Shown in pieces: positions 28,511 through 42,748 of a stretch of 64,000 nt of DNA. Below the pieces are notes generated by a model. The model was not told the origin of the DNA. It saw only the letters and a program-made list of their open reading frames with translations, and made no database searches. Position 1 is the stretch's first letter. Every line of letters starts with the position of its first letter. Source of the DNA: the human T2T-CHM13v2.0 reference genome, Homo sapiens. The position numbers were made by a program, and so were the translations under genes. Where the stretch lies: NCBI RefSeq assembly GCF_009914755.1, contig NC_060936.1; one strand, 5' to 3'.

Positions 28511-30057
28511 TGTGTATTTTCAATACACTGAAAAGCAGTGTATTAGATATATAGCTGAAATTATTATAATGATAATGCCTTAGATTTATAAGCACTCTAC
28601 AGAATCCAAATCCTTTTGTATTTGTTTTCTCATTCTAATCCTTCCAACAAACTAGAAAGTAGGCAAATAAGGCATCTGGATCCACGACTGGGGAAAACTG
28701 AGGCTTCATGAAATTAAGAGATTTTTCCAAAGTCATGAAACGAAAATAAATCCAGAAGAAACGGCAAATGGAATGTTTTACCTATGTAAATTGCTCTTTG
28801 CAAATCAACACTTCAAAATTCCACTCTGCGGTCACCTTTTAATATCTTATGTTATTTTCTCAGTCGCTTCTTTTCAATTACGCTCACTTTTCTCCACAGT
28901 ACTTTTGCATATTTCAGCTTTTTATATATACTGTGCTCCTGTTAGAAAGTGTTCTGCACTAACTGATAAAATCCAAACTACTTTTGCAAAGCCTGAAAAG
29001 GTCTAGACACATGATACCAATGCTATTCTTGGGCTACCCATTTAAGTTATGTATCAAGTCTAAATTTAATCAAGGCCACATTTTATTTATACATTTCATG
29101 CATTAAACTCATTTAAACTTTTAGTCAGATTTCATTAGAAGAAATACTACCGTGTACATCATGCAGTAGTAAAGCTAATGTGCTTCAAGAATTTGAAAGG
29201 AGTTGGAGATCGGGGGTCTGATTTCAAAATTTCTTTTTCTTTCTCTCCTTAGTGCTTGCAGCAGGTCTGTGAGCAGCACACAGTTTGTTTCCTAGGACAC
29301 TAATACAGTCAGCATGCTCTGTACAAATGTGTAAACACAGACATTCCCTGTAATCAGGGAGGTTGGTGTCTTAAGGCAAGATTATGTTTTTTTAGGAAAT
29401 GCAATTTATGTTCAGGATTAAATTTCTCTTGCAGACTGATAACGTCTGAGGTTCAGGGAGATGATAATAAGTGTTGTGTCCTAAACTGCCTGCCCTGAAT
29501 CTGAAGCCTTGAATTAGTCTTCCTGTATAGCCCTCATTCTTATGACCCCAAATTAGGTAGTTCTTCATGTCTTAGAAAGATGAGAGAAGTAAATAATATA
29601 AAAAGACAAAATACACTTTAAAAAATGTAAAGCATCTATAAACCTCATGGTGGTTACAAGGAAATACAGAGACATAAGGAAAAAATACAGATGACACCAT
29701 GGCTAATATCCTTCTTCACAATTCAGGAAATTTAAATTTGTGTCTGGTACTTTGGTATTCGTGAAATTGAGATGGAGATGGGCAGAAAGTTAGACAATAT
29801 TCTTATAATCGCTTTAGTCTTCTCATGGAATGATCCTAACACTATAAAACAACTTAAACACATAACAAATATTCTCTTTCTAAACAGTAGTTGAAATAAA
29901 TCCAACCAGAATACCAAGAAAACCTTCTCTATAAATCCTTTCATCACAAAACTGCTCTATTTCTTTTCCAAACCAGAAAAAAAAGTTTTCAGAAGTTAAA
30001 AGGGCAGTTTTTATGCCAAAACCACAATTTTTTTGACCTAATATTAAATTCTTAAGA

Positions 30058-30260
30058 TTTTTTCCTTTCTTTCTTTCTTTCTTTTTCTCTTTCTTTCTTT
30101 TTCTTTCTTCTTTTCTTTTCTTTCTTTCCTTCTTTCCTTCTTTCTTTTTCTTTATTTTTTTCTTTTTTCTCTTTTTCTTGCTTTCTTTCTTCTCTCATCT
30201 TCCTCCTCTTCCTGTCATTGTCTTCCTTCTCCTTCTTTTCTTTATTTTTCTTTTTCTTTT
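30058..30260 (+). repeat. CT-rich low-complexity polypyrimidine tract
   Basis: About 200 bp of (TTTC)n/(TTC)n-like sequence. Confidence 0.9.
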
Positions 30261-31090
30261 AACCTTCAGAGGCAGAGATCTGTGGTTACTACCAACTCCT
30301 TTTTACACAGGGAGTGCAGATCATACAAAAGAAAAACATAGCCTTGATCAGACAGCTGAGTTTTTTTTAATCTTAAAAAAAATCTATTTTATCCAAATGA
30401 ATTGAGTACTCAGAACTGGAACTTTTCAGACCACAAGGAAGACTGACATGCTTTTTTATCATGGTAACAGGTACTGACTGCATGGGGAGAGGCCATACCA
30501 CAGAAACCTCAATCTGCCTGAGCCGTGACTCTGAGAGCTGGAGTACCACTGGACAAGGTGAGGGGAGCTTTTGCTTGTTTACTCAGAAATATTTTCTAAA
30601 TTACCTGTTTGTGTTATTTAGGAGGGCAGGATTGGGGAATGCCACTTTGACCTGATTTTTACAGAATAAACTCCTTGCGTAGCGTTATAATAATCAGAAT
30701 AACTAGATAGGCTCTTTTAGGCAAGGTTGGGCAAACTTTCTATATTCTGACTCCTCTTGTTGTTTTCTTCCCAAACATTTGAAAGAAAACACATTACAGT
30801 TTACAAAAAAATCCCTCATTCTGCCTTGTGTTGGTTCCACCTCCCCTAAAAATAGAATTTTATGATGCTCAATCTAATTTCTTTTCAAGACCATTTATTT
30901 AATAAGAAGAATGTTCTCCTGGCCTGAGATGCAATATAAGTGAGTATGTATTTTTTTTCATAGAGTTAATGTTTACGGCAGAGGGCTAAAGCATTGAAAA
31001 TAAGGAACTGAAATGGAAACTCTGACATCACTTTAACGGCAGTCCTGCTGCCTTACTGGGGAGAAAAATATTAGCTCTTGTCTAACTTAC

Positions 31091-31297
31091 CTTTTCCATA
31101 AGGTGTAAAAAGCACCCTATACAGAGGGAGTATATGAAACCCATAGCTAGTCTGATTGCTTGCATGCTATTCATATACACGCCCGTTGTAAGCTGGCACT
31201 GGGTGAACCCGCTGATTCTAACCATATGGCTGCCTGCAGAAGTGCACTGAGGAGTTTCCTCCAGGGTGCCCGAACGGTGTCCTACTGGCTTCCTAGG
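31091..31297 (-). other. Candidate 207-nt internal exon (minus strand), open in phase 0
   Basis: Acceptor ttttttttcattttttcctgcag| and donor AAG|GTAAGT. 69 stop-free codons lying within ORF 31082..31372. Confidence 0.4.
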
Positions 31298-31433
31298 CTG
31301 CAGGAAAAAATGAAAAAAAAATGTAATTTTCCCATTATGAGATTTCATCCAGATGCTCATGAGGTCATACATTAAATAATGAGACTTTAAAGAACATTAC
31401 TATTTTGAAGAATTGCAAACTGTATGCATTTCT

Positions 31434-31448
31434 CCACTGGGTGGCGGT
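31434..31448 (+). promoter_or_regulatory. CTCF-like motif
   Basis: ccactgggtggcggt resembles the CCASYAGRKGGCRS core. Confidence 0.35.
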
Positions 31449-31770
31449 CGAAGTCCATAATCATGAAGACAACTAAAAGACCCGGAAACTGAAAATCTAA
31501 TTTAAAAAATATCACTTAAGGGTTAATTAATTCAGAACTACTATTCTTCTAATCAGATTACCAGTTTATAGTGCTGTGTGTCAGTCAGACTGTGCTGGTT
31601 CTGCCTGTTGGTAGACAATTTTGCATTACAGAGAGCTGTAGAAACTTTTGAGCTATTGAAAGATTTTATCTACACTGGTAAACTTATATTTTTTTGGAAT
31701 AATTATCAGGAATAAAATATTTTCTACCACTATGTATTCAATCGTCCACTGACCACAACAATTTCTCTAC

Positions 31771-31777
<7 letters not shown>

Positions 31778-31808
<31 letters not shown>
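31778..31808 (+). repeat. Poly(T)31 mononucleotide run
   Basis: Direct count. Confidence 0.95.
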
Positions 31809-31810
<2 letters not shown>

Positions 31811-33000
31811 ATAACTTTACACAGCTTTTGAAGAAGGTATTTCTTGTCCCAAATCTTTCAAAATTCCAGAAAGGTATCATTTTGCTTAATAGTATTCCTT
31901 GGTTATGGCCTGTTATTAACAACCCCTATAAACTATTCTGATTATTTCTGGAACTGGAGTCTATACAGCTATATAGGACATTCATTTCAGTTTAATAATG
32001 CTCAGCTCTTGTGTGCTAAGCTATCAACTGTAAATAGAAAATCTCATGTAAGGATTTAGATTCCAGTGAGATGAAGTCAAGGTTCATATTAGATAAATGC
32101 CTTTACTTTTAGCTTGTTGAGTTGGTTTTCCTTCTTCTTTCTTCTAGCTTTAATTTCTGTGTCTTTCTCCATATCTGCATGTACAAATCCCATTTCAGGT
32201 AGGTCTTGGCTAAAAGAAAGAAGTGCACAAGTAGTATAAATAGAGCACACATTAGGGTCAAACTCTTCTGCAGGATGTAGTTATGTGCCCCATACCCCAC
32301 CACCCACCTTGTATGACCAACCAGAACCAGATATAAGTCAAATTGTGCAGTAGGTGAATTGGTTTTGCTTCATAATCATCTCCTCTTTCCCTGACCTTAT
32401 CTCCATATTACATGTAGTAATGGGCAAACCCTGGTGCTTTCCTTTACCTCTCATGTTCTCAAGGGCTTTCCAGGTATAGCCGACAGTTGCCACATCACAC
32501 AGACCTTGAGTTTCTGATAGGACTGTTGGTCAGTGTCAGACCCTGCTCGTGAAGGCTGTGAGGCAGCTGGCATTTGCTAAAGGCAGTTGATCTATAAAGT
32601 TGTTCTGCTGGCCAAAAAATAAACGATTTTGAGCACTACAATGGAGGAGATCCAGTCACCCGGCTGCAGAGTTCAGACCTCACTAAGGACTTGCTTTTCT
32701 TCTGATTTTACTTAAAGATTAATGTAGGGTGATGGACTTTGGATGGAGAATGCCTGGCTGTCCTGTCTTCAGCTCTATCTTGCACTGTGGTCATCAACTT
32801 TTCTCAGATCAAAAATAGGCAGGTACGGGTAGTGGGCTTACAACGTTTGACCGCAACTGGTTTTTCTAAGTATTCTGTACATTTTTCAGCAGCAAAACCA
32901 AACTGGGTCTTCAGCTTTATCCCCATTTCTTGCAAAGGAAGAGCCTTTATATGATTGGGCACATTTTGGTTTTTCCTTACTGAGAATTTTAGTCTTCTTT

Positions 33001-33131
33001 TGTATTGTTTCTATAATAATTTGTAAACATATTTATTTGTACCTACTTTTTAAAACTTTTCTGGTGAAATTCATTGTACTGCATTTTATTTGTCAAAATA
33101 AACATTCTCATAATGCTGGTTAAAAAAAAAA
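33001..33131 (+). terminator. Candidate polyadenylation region
   Basis: TGTA at 33001, 33022, 33038 and 33075. AATAAA at 33097-33102. A10 at 33122-33131. Confidence 0.35.
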
Positions 33132-33229
33132 TGCAGCTTAAAATGAGGCGTGCTCAGCAAACATCAGTGAATTACAACAGTTCCAAAGAAAACTAGTTCA
33201 CTAGTTGACAAAACAAAAGCACAGGTTTT

Positions 33230-33440
33230 AAACAGGCTTGGGTTAGAATCTTGATACCATTATTTACAGATTACATAATTTAGGTTAATTTACTTAATAT
33301 CTCTGCATTACTATTACCTAATTTGGAAAATGGGAAGAATAGTTCCTATAACTAACAGTGGTTTTGGTTATTAGATTAGATAAAACATATGAAACACTTA
33401 ATCATCTAACCTATGGTAACTTCTCAATAAATGGTAGCAA
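33230..33440 (+). mobile_element. MIR SINE
   Basis: ggcttgggttagaatcttg...ttacttaatatctctgca...aaatgggaagaatag...ctcaataaatggtagc. Confidence 0.65.
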
Positions 33441-33639
33441 TTTTCATCAAGAGTAAACACTTAAAAAACCTAACTCTGTGTGGCACTGTGATAGACTGAG
33501 ATTAAAAGATCATAAGGCACACTCTCTGCCCTAAAATATATACAGTCCTCTTGAGATAATTATTTCTTCACCAACAAATATTTACTGAACACCTAGTACA
33601 TAACAGAAATTGGTTTTGATGATGATATTGATGATATTA

Positions 33640-33941
33640 CAGGCTAAATAACCCTTTTACATATCTCCTGGGACCAGAAGTCTTTTGAATTCTTTTTTGA
33701 TTTGGGAATATCCCCATATACATAATGAGATTGGGACCCAAGTCTAAACACAAAATTCATTTATGTGTCTGTACATCTTAAACACATTGTACTTTTATAC
33801 AATATTTTTCATAATATATGCAACCTGTCACATGAGATCAGGTGTAGAATTTTCTATTACGGTGACATGTCAGTGCTCAGAAAGTTTCAGATTTGGGAAC
33901 ATATTGGATTGCAGATTTTCAGATTGGGGACTCTCAACTTG
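33640..33941. mobile_element. Tigger4-type (MER46) TcMar MITE nested in an L2 relic
   Basis: TA|cagg...caacttg|TA ends, with gggacccaagtctaaacacaaaattcatttatg and gtcagtgctcagaaagtttcagattt. Confidence 0.75.
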
Positions 33942-35199
33942 TATAACAATGAATGAAAGAAACATGAACCTTGCACTTAGGAAGATTACAGTTCTGTGGG
34001 AGAAACAAAGTTTAAGCAAAAACACATTATTCAAATATTTTAAAAATCATAATCTGTAAGTACCATGATGTCAAAGTACAGCATAGTTAAAGCCTAGATG
34101 TCAGCTGGGAGTCACCCTCTACATGGAATTAAAAATAAATATTAATCTTCTATCATGTTCTCTGAGAAAATGGATATTCTCCTCATAGCCATGCAGATTC
34201 CTCCAGACTTATTTTCTGAGAGTCATCTCTTTCCCTAATTCCATATTCCTACTAAAATCTCTATTTCTCTGCAAATTTAACTCCTACATTCTTTTCCTTC
34301 TGTCTGCCTTTCGTAGACCAAGACAGATTATATAGCCTTTTCCCCTGGTGTTCCCCCACCCACCGCAAACATCACTCACATGTATAATGGGGTCAACACC
34401 GCAGCACCACTCAGGGATCAATTTCAAGTTGAATCTTAGATGTTCTTTTCTTAACAGACATTTGCCCATTCTAACCAAACAGAATGTCTAACTTGTCAAA
34501 AAAGAGAGAAAGCTAAGCAATTCTGAGTCAGCCAGATGATCTTCACAGGAGTATTGGTTTGAAAAAGGCATTTTGTTTCAATGATGACAGTTTTTGTTGA
34601 TATTTTGTTATGCCTTTATAGACTGTTTTGTAGACCTAAGCTAGATTGAAAGATGAAGTAAAACTTTCCTGAGGAAGTGATATTTAAGCATAGAATTGAA
34701 GGGTGTGTCATGAGTTGCAGAAAAGGATTCAAAACAGATAACGGCATATGTATAAAGGCTGGAAGATTTTTAATACGCTTGACTTGATCTGACTGTAGTC
34801 ACATTCATAAAACTTAAGTAGAAATACTCAGTAGCTCAAGTTCACTTTCAAGTTGCTATCCTAGGGAAAATTCCAGAAGTTCAGGGAAGGGAGAGTTGAG
34901 TGAAGGGTGGAAATCCAAGGTGAGTCTTGTTTAAAGAGGTGTGATTTGTGGAGCTTGAAGAAAGAATGGAACTTAGACAGTGAGAGATTGAAAAGGACAG
35001 GAGGAGCAATGGGATGGAATGAAGGCTGGGTGCTTGCTGTTGTGCTCATGGAGAAGGAGTCAAATTTGGTGAAGGAAAAGGAAGTCAATGATTCTTCTTG
35101 AAAAGTCATCAAAAATCTGACTGAGGAGTCCTTGAATATCTTTGAGAGATAGGGAGATAACTTTTGAGTAAAACAGTATCATAGAAAGCTGGGAAGTCT

Positions 35200-35863
<664 letters not shown>

Positions 35864-36229
35864 GATTTTCTTTGTGTCTCAGCTTGGAAGTAGGAATACG
35901 GATTTGCGTTTCAAGGCAGTAGACTATGTGGATTATTTTGTCTTTAGGAAAATTAACATCTTCATTAATGTGATTTACTTGACACTGGCAATGAGAAATT
36001 TTGTTCATCCTAAGAAGTTGTTTTGAGTGTGTGCGAGCACAAGCATTTCAAACAGTAGTTATCCGTCGACAAGTTTGATGAGTGAGGAAGCTTCGACCTT
36101 GGAATGCTGATGTCCATTTCAACATAGTCTTTTGAAGCTCCTGGCTTCTATAGCATTGCATAGCTCTGAGTCAGATAAATGCACAATTGTGGCATTTTGT
36201 TCAATAAACTTATAGTGTTAAGAAAGATG

Positions 36230-36550
36230 GGCTGGGTGCAGTGGCTCATGCCCGTAATCTCAACACTTTGGAGGCTGAGGTGAGCTGATCACCTAAGGTC
36301 AGGAGTTAGAGACCAGCCTGGCCAACATGGTAAAACCCCCATCTTTACTAAAAATAAAAAATAAAAATAAAAATTAGCTGGATGTGGGGGCAGGTGCCCT
36401 GTAATCCCATCTGCTAGGGAGGCTGAGGCAGGAGAATTGCTTGAACCTGGGAGGCGGAGGTTGCAGTGACCAAGATCGCGCCACTACACTCCAGCTTGGG
36501 TGACAGAGAAGGACTCCATCTCAAAAGAAAAGGAAGAAAGAAAGGAAGAG
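36230..36550 (+). mobile_element. AluSx-like
   Basis: Full dimer with a purine-rich tail. Confidence 0.93.
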
Positions 36551-36681
36551 ATAGACTCAGGCTTAGGAGATTGAGTTTTTCTAAAAGTGACTGTGAGGTT
36601 AGAACTGTGAATGAAGAAAAAGGGACTTTCAAGAGCAAGCTAGGAAAGGGTCTTATAAAGGATTTGCCTTTTGTAGTTTTC

Positions 36682-37069
<388 letters not shown>

Positions 37070-38136
37070 TAGGAATTTTTTTTGTTGTTTTTTTCTATGT
37101 TGTAACTTGATTCTCTTCAGTAATGCCTCAACTTTTCAATCAATTCTGTCATATATATAAAAGTCTTAGTAGTCGTCCATGTGAAATTAAGGGATTGGGT
37201 AGAATGGCATCCAATAGATGCCAGTTTCTAGGTAGTGACCAGTAAGAGCCTAATGCAGAACTCAAATATGACAGAGAAACAACTTTCAGGTAGATGATTC
37301 ATATAGGAAAGAGATACTTGAAGCTAGCATTTGGATTAAACATGTAATGTGTCCAGTATAATGACTATCATATAGTAAGCATTGACTTATAGAAGCTATT
37401 ATTGCTGTCGATAGTAAAGACAGAACTCTTTATGCTAATCATAATTTGATTTTAAAATCAGAGTTCTAATGCTGAAATTGATTAATCTGATTGCTATTTA
37501 TTAATGGCACTGATGATGCAAATAGATGTTTATGGTAAAGACCAAAGACCAATGATAATGATCCTAACCCAGTGGAAAGAGATTTTATGACTAAATTATC
37601 TTCTAGCACCTCTCAAATCACACCAAATAAGGATTTTTTTTTCTTTCTTCCTTTTTTTCTTTCTTTTTTTTTCTTTTTTAAACCAAGCTTATTTGCAAAG
37701 CAGCTTCCAATAATTTGGACAAAGTTTTAAAATGTAATTAAAAAGACAACTTTTAGCTAATTAAAAAAAAATCCTGCAAAATTTGACTTTGAGTTTAATT
37801 TGTTTGTCATCACTATTTCATGATGCTTCTCCAAGGAAGTAAAATGTATAAATTTGATAAAATTTGATTTAAAAATTGATGAAAATGATTATTTCAGCTA
37901 TTTCAATAGCTATTACATATGACAATTGGATGAGTAAAATTAACTAGTGGGAATAGAGCTTAAAGAATAAAATGAACACAAACTTATTTCTAATATTGTA
38001 TATGTCTTCGTTGTGAAGGTCAAAACTGGCTAGAAATGTATACTTGTTATGATATCATAGGGGAGTTCATCTGGAGTTAGGAGGCTTGGGTTCTAATAAG
38101 CAAGTATACGTAAGTCTCTAAAACCCAGTTGTAATG

Positions 38137-38340
38137 CACTGTCTAATATAGTAGCCACTGGCAATATTTTTAAAAAGTTAAATAAATTTTCATTTAAAAT
38201 TAAATAAAATTTTAAATTTGACTCCTCAGTCTTACTAGTCCCATGTCAAGTAATCAATATTTATGCACAATTAGTGGCTACCATAGTGGACAGCTAGCTC
38301 AGTTACAGACATTGCAGAAAGTTCTTTTGTATAGTGCTAT
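38137..38340. mobile_element. MER3/MER33-type hAT-Charlie element
   Basis: gcactgtctaatatagtagccact...tagtggctaccatagtggacagc...ttgcagaaagttctttt. Confidence 0.65.
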
Positions 38341-38925
38341 TCTAGAATGTCTATCCTCAGCTACAAGCATATTATTATACTCTGTGCCTTGCCTTTTCCC
38401 TTATCATTTTTAATGCTCTATTTTGGGGAAAAGAAATTTTTAATTCTAGTGTGTTTTTAATCATCCATTTTTTTCTTATAACTCTTTCTGTGTCCATTTA
38501 ACAAAATTTTGCCAATTTCAAGATCATGAAGATATTATTCTGCCTTTTTCTGAAAGAATAAGATATTTCACCTTCTATCATATTGTGAATCAGCACTTAC
38601 CTAGATAGGAATGAAATGAATGCTAATGATAATGGTGGTGATATGACTGCCAATTTATAGTCTCAATACATAAAATACTAAAAGAAAAGTTATATTATGA
38701 AAAATAGTCTTTTTTATAGAGAGAAGTGTAGGGATATGGAAAGTATTCTAAAATATTTTCTGGCAATTAATCTTTAATTTTTGTATTGTTTTAACTAAGT
38801 ATCAGTAAGACATATTTCAATTGATATCATGTCAACAAGTAAATAGTTTGTTTTGTGAAGCAATCTATGTATTTAGTTGTGAAAGAATGTGTTTTATAGG
38901 CTTGGGTTATAGCTTTCAACTTTCT

Positions 38926-40691
<1,766 letters not shown>

Positions 40692-41261
40692 ATAGCTTTC
40701 AACTTTCTATCTCTACTTATTTGAAAATGTTTGCTGTGTGGATCAAAAACCCTTAACCTATGGTTGCCAGACCAGGTACCTTCTTTTCTATTCTGCCTGC
40801 TCCGGATGCACTTTCAACCTTAGCAATCCTCTTTTGGTAAGGCAAAATGCTGCACTTGATGAAAATGTTTAGACCGATAAACTTTATGCTTTATAATTTA
40901 GGGCTTGTGTAAATGCTTGGGGCTTTTGAGTTGTATTTTATTTAAAGATTTTCATATTTCTGCTCAACTGTTAAATTGTGACAATTTTTTCTGAACTGAT
41001 TTGATCTATAATAAAGCTTCAATTTGTATTCTAACTCTGAGGTTTTGAGTTCATTTGAATGTCATTTAAATTGTCTCTGTAGTCTCCACTTTGCATGAAC
41101 CCTCCTTCTAATGACAGGCAAAATAGGAAAATGCAATATACATAGGTAATAGTTTTCCAAACATTTGGGGGAAAAGGTGTGTTATCAGTGACAACATGAC
41201 TTTTTAGTAGTTTGCCCTCAGTCCTCCAATCTCATAACTTTTCTTTACCTCAAATAATATG

Positions 41262-41897
41262 TGTATTAGTCAGGGTTCTTCAGAGAGACAGAATCCATAG
41301 GGGATGGATGGATGGATGGATGGATGGATGGATGGATGGATGGATAGATAGATAGATGAAACAGGATTTATTAGAGAATTGCCTCACATGATTATGGAGC
41401 ATGATAAGTCCCACAATAAGCTGTCTGCAAGCTGGAGAACCAGGGAAGACAGTGGCATAGCTAACGCAAGTCTGAGAGCCTGACCACCAGGGAAACCGAT
41501 AGTGTTACTCTTAGACAAAGACTGAAGGCCTGAGAACATGGAGGGCCACTGGTGCAAATCTTAGAGTCCAAAGTTCAGAGAACCTGGAGTTCTGATGTCC
41601 AAAGGTAGGAGAAGAGGTTTCCCAGCTCCAGAAGAGAAAGAAGAGAGAGCGAGAGCGAGACAGAGAGAGAGAAATTCTCCTTTCCTTTGCCTTTTGTTCT
41701 ATCTGGGCCCTAATTCAATTGGATAGTTCCTGTCCACATTGTCCACATGGGGTGAGGGTAGATCTTATTTACTTAGTCCACCGATTCAAATGCTAATCTC
41801 TACTGGAAACACCCTCATAGACCCAGAAATGATGTTTTATCAGCTACCTAGGTATGGCTTAATCCAGTCAAGTTGACATCTAAAATTAACCATCACA
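41262..41897 (-). mobile_element. MLT2-family (ERVL) solo LTR containing a (GGAT)n(AGAT)n microsatellite
   Basis: tgtattagtcagggttct...agttgacatctaaaattaaccatcaca. Flanks atatg/ataca are consistent with a CpG-decayed 5-bp TSD. Confidence 0.85.
41303..41357 (+). repeat. (GGAT)n/(AGAT)n tetranucleotide microsatellite
   Basis: Seen directly. Confidence 0.95.
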
Positions 41898-41976
41898 ATA
41901 CAGTTTATCCAGAAGAAAATCATCATAGTGATTATATTGTTTCCTTACAAGCAAAGTTTATTATAAATAGAGGTCA

Positions 41977-42190
41977 GGCCATGCATGGTGGCTCACGCCT
42001 GTAATTCCAGCACTTTGGAGGCTGAGGCAGGTGGATTACACCACTGCACTCCAGCCTGGGCAACAGAGCTACTGCGCCCGGCCAGGAGAATCTCTTGAAC
42101 CCAGGAGGCAGAGGTTGGCCACTGCACTCCAGCCTGGGTGACAGAGCAACACTGTCTTACACAAAAAATAAATTAAATAAATAAATAAAT
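41977..42190 (+). mobile_element. Rearranged (scrambled) Alu
   Basis: Alu segments out of order, including one inverted piece. (TAAA)n tail. Confidence 0.85.
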
Positions 42191-42229
42191 TGATCAAAGA
42201 GATATACTTTACATAGGAAATTGCTGATC

Positions 42230-42748
42230 ATCAAAACATTTCTTTAAAGGAAGCTCACCAAGCACTCTGCTCAATCCCTACCTTTATTACCACATTAGTA
42301 TATTTCATCTTAACAGCATCTCCAAAATCTTGCCAATATTCTCCCACTAAGCTCATTCTCCATCACGAACTCTGTTTTATTCTCTTTTCAGCGCTTAACA
42401 ACTGTCTGACATTTTATGTAGTCATTTGCTTACTTTTTACTGTTTGTCTACATCTACTTCATTCTAGCTGTTTTCCTAATGACAGTTCACTATGTTTTTC
42501 TATTTTCTTTATCAAATTTTTCCTGTTATAAGAAGAAATACAAATTATCCTCAAAGACAGTTTAAGGTGGAATACAAATTAAGAAATTACCTATAAGCAA
42601 ATTTTAAAATTGAATAAATTATAATCACATTATAATAGTCCCTATACCATTTTGCTATCTTGTTTACAGCTCTATTCCTAGGGTAAAGAATAGTGACTGT
42701 CACATGGTAAGACATTCAATGAATATTTCTGGAATGAGTGAGTGAATT
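42230..42748 (+). mobile_element. L2 3' fragment
   Basis: Ends in tgtcacatggtaagacattcaatgaatatttctggaatgagtgagtgaat. Confidence 0.55.

Noticed and set aside
31130-31178. Hairpin gtatatga-aaccc-atagc...gctat-tcatatac as a possible pre-miRNA
   Set aside because: Only 8+5 bp with a 5-nt bulge. Too short and AT-rich for a Drosha substrate, and it matches no miRNA I know.
36074-36112. TGATGA...CTGA as a C/D box snoRNA
   Set aside because: The boxes are only about 35 nt apart and there is no terminal stem.
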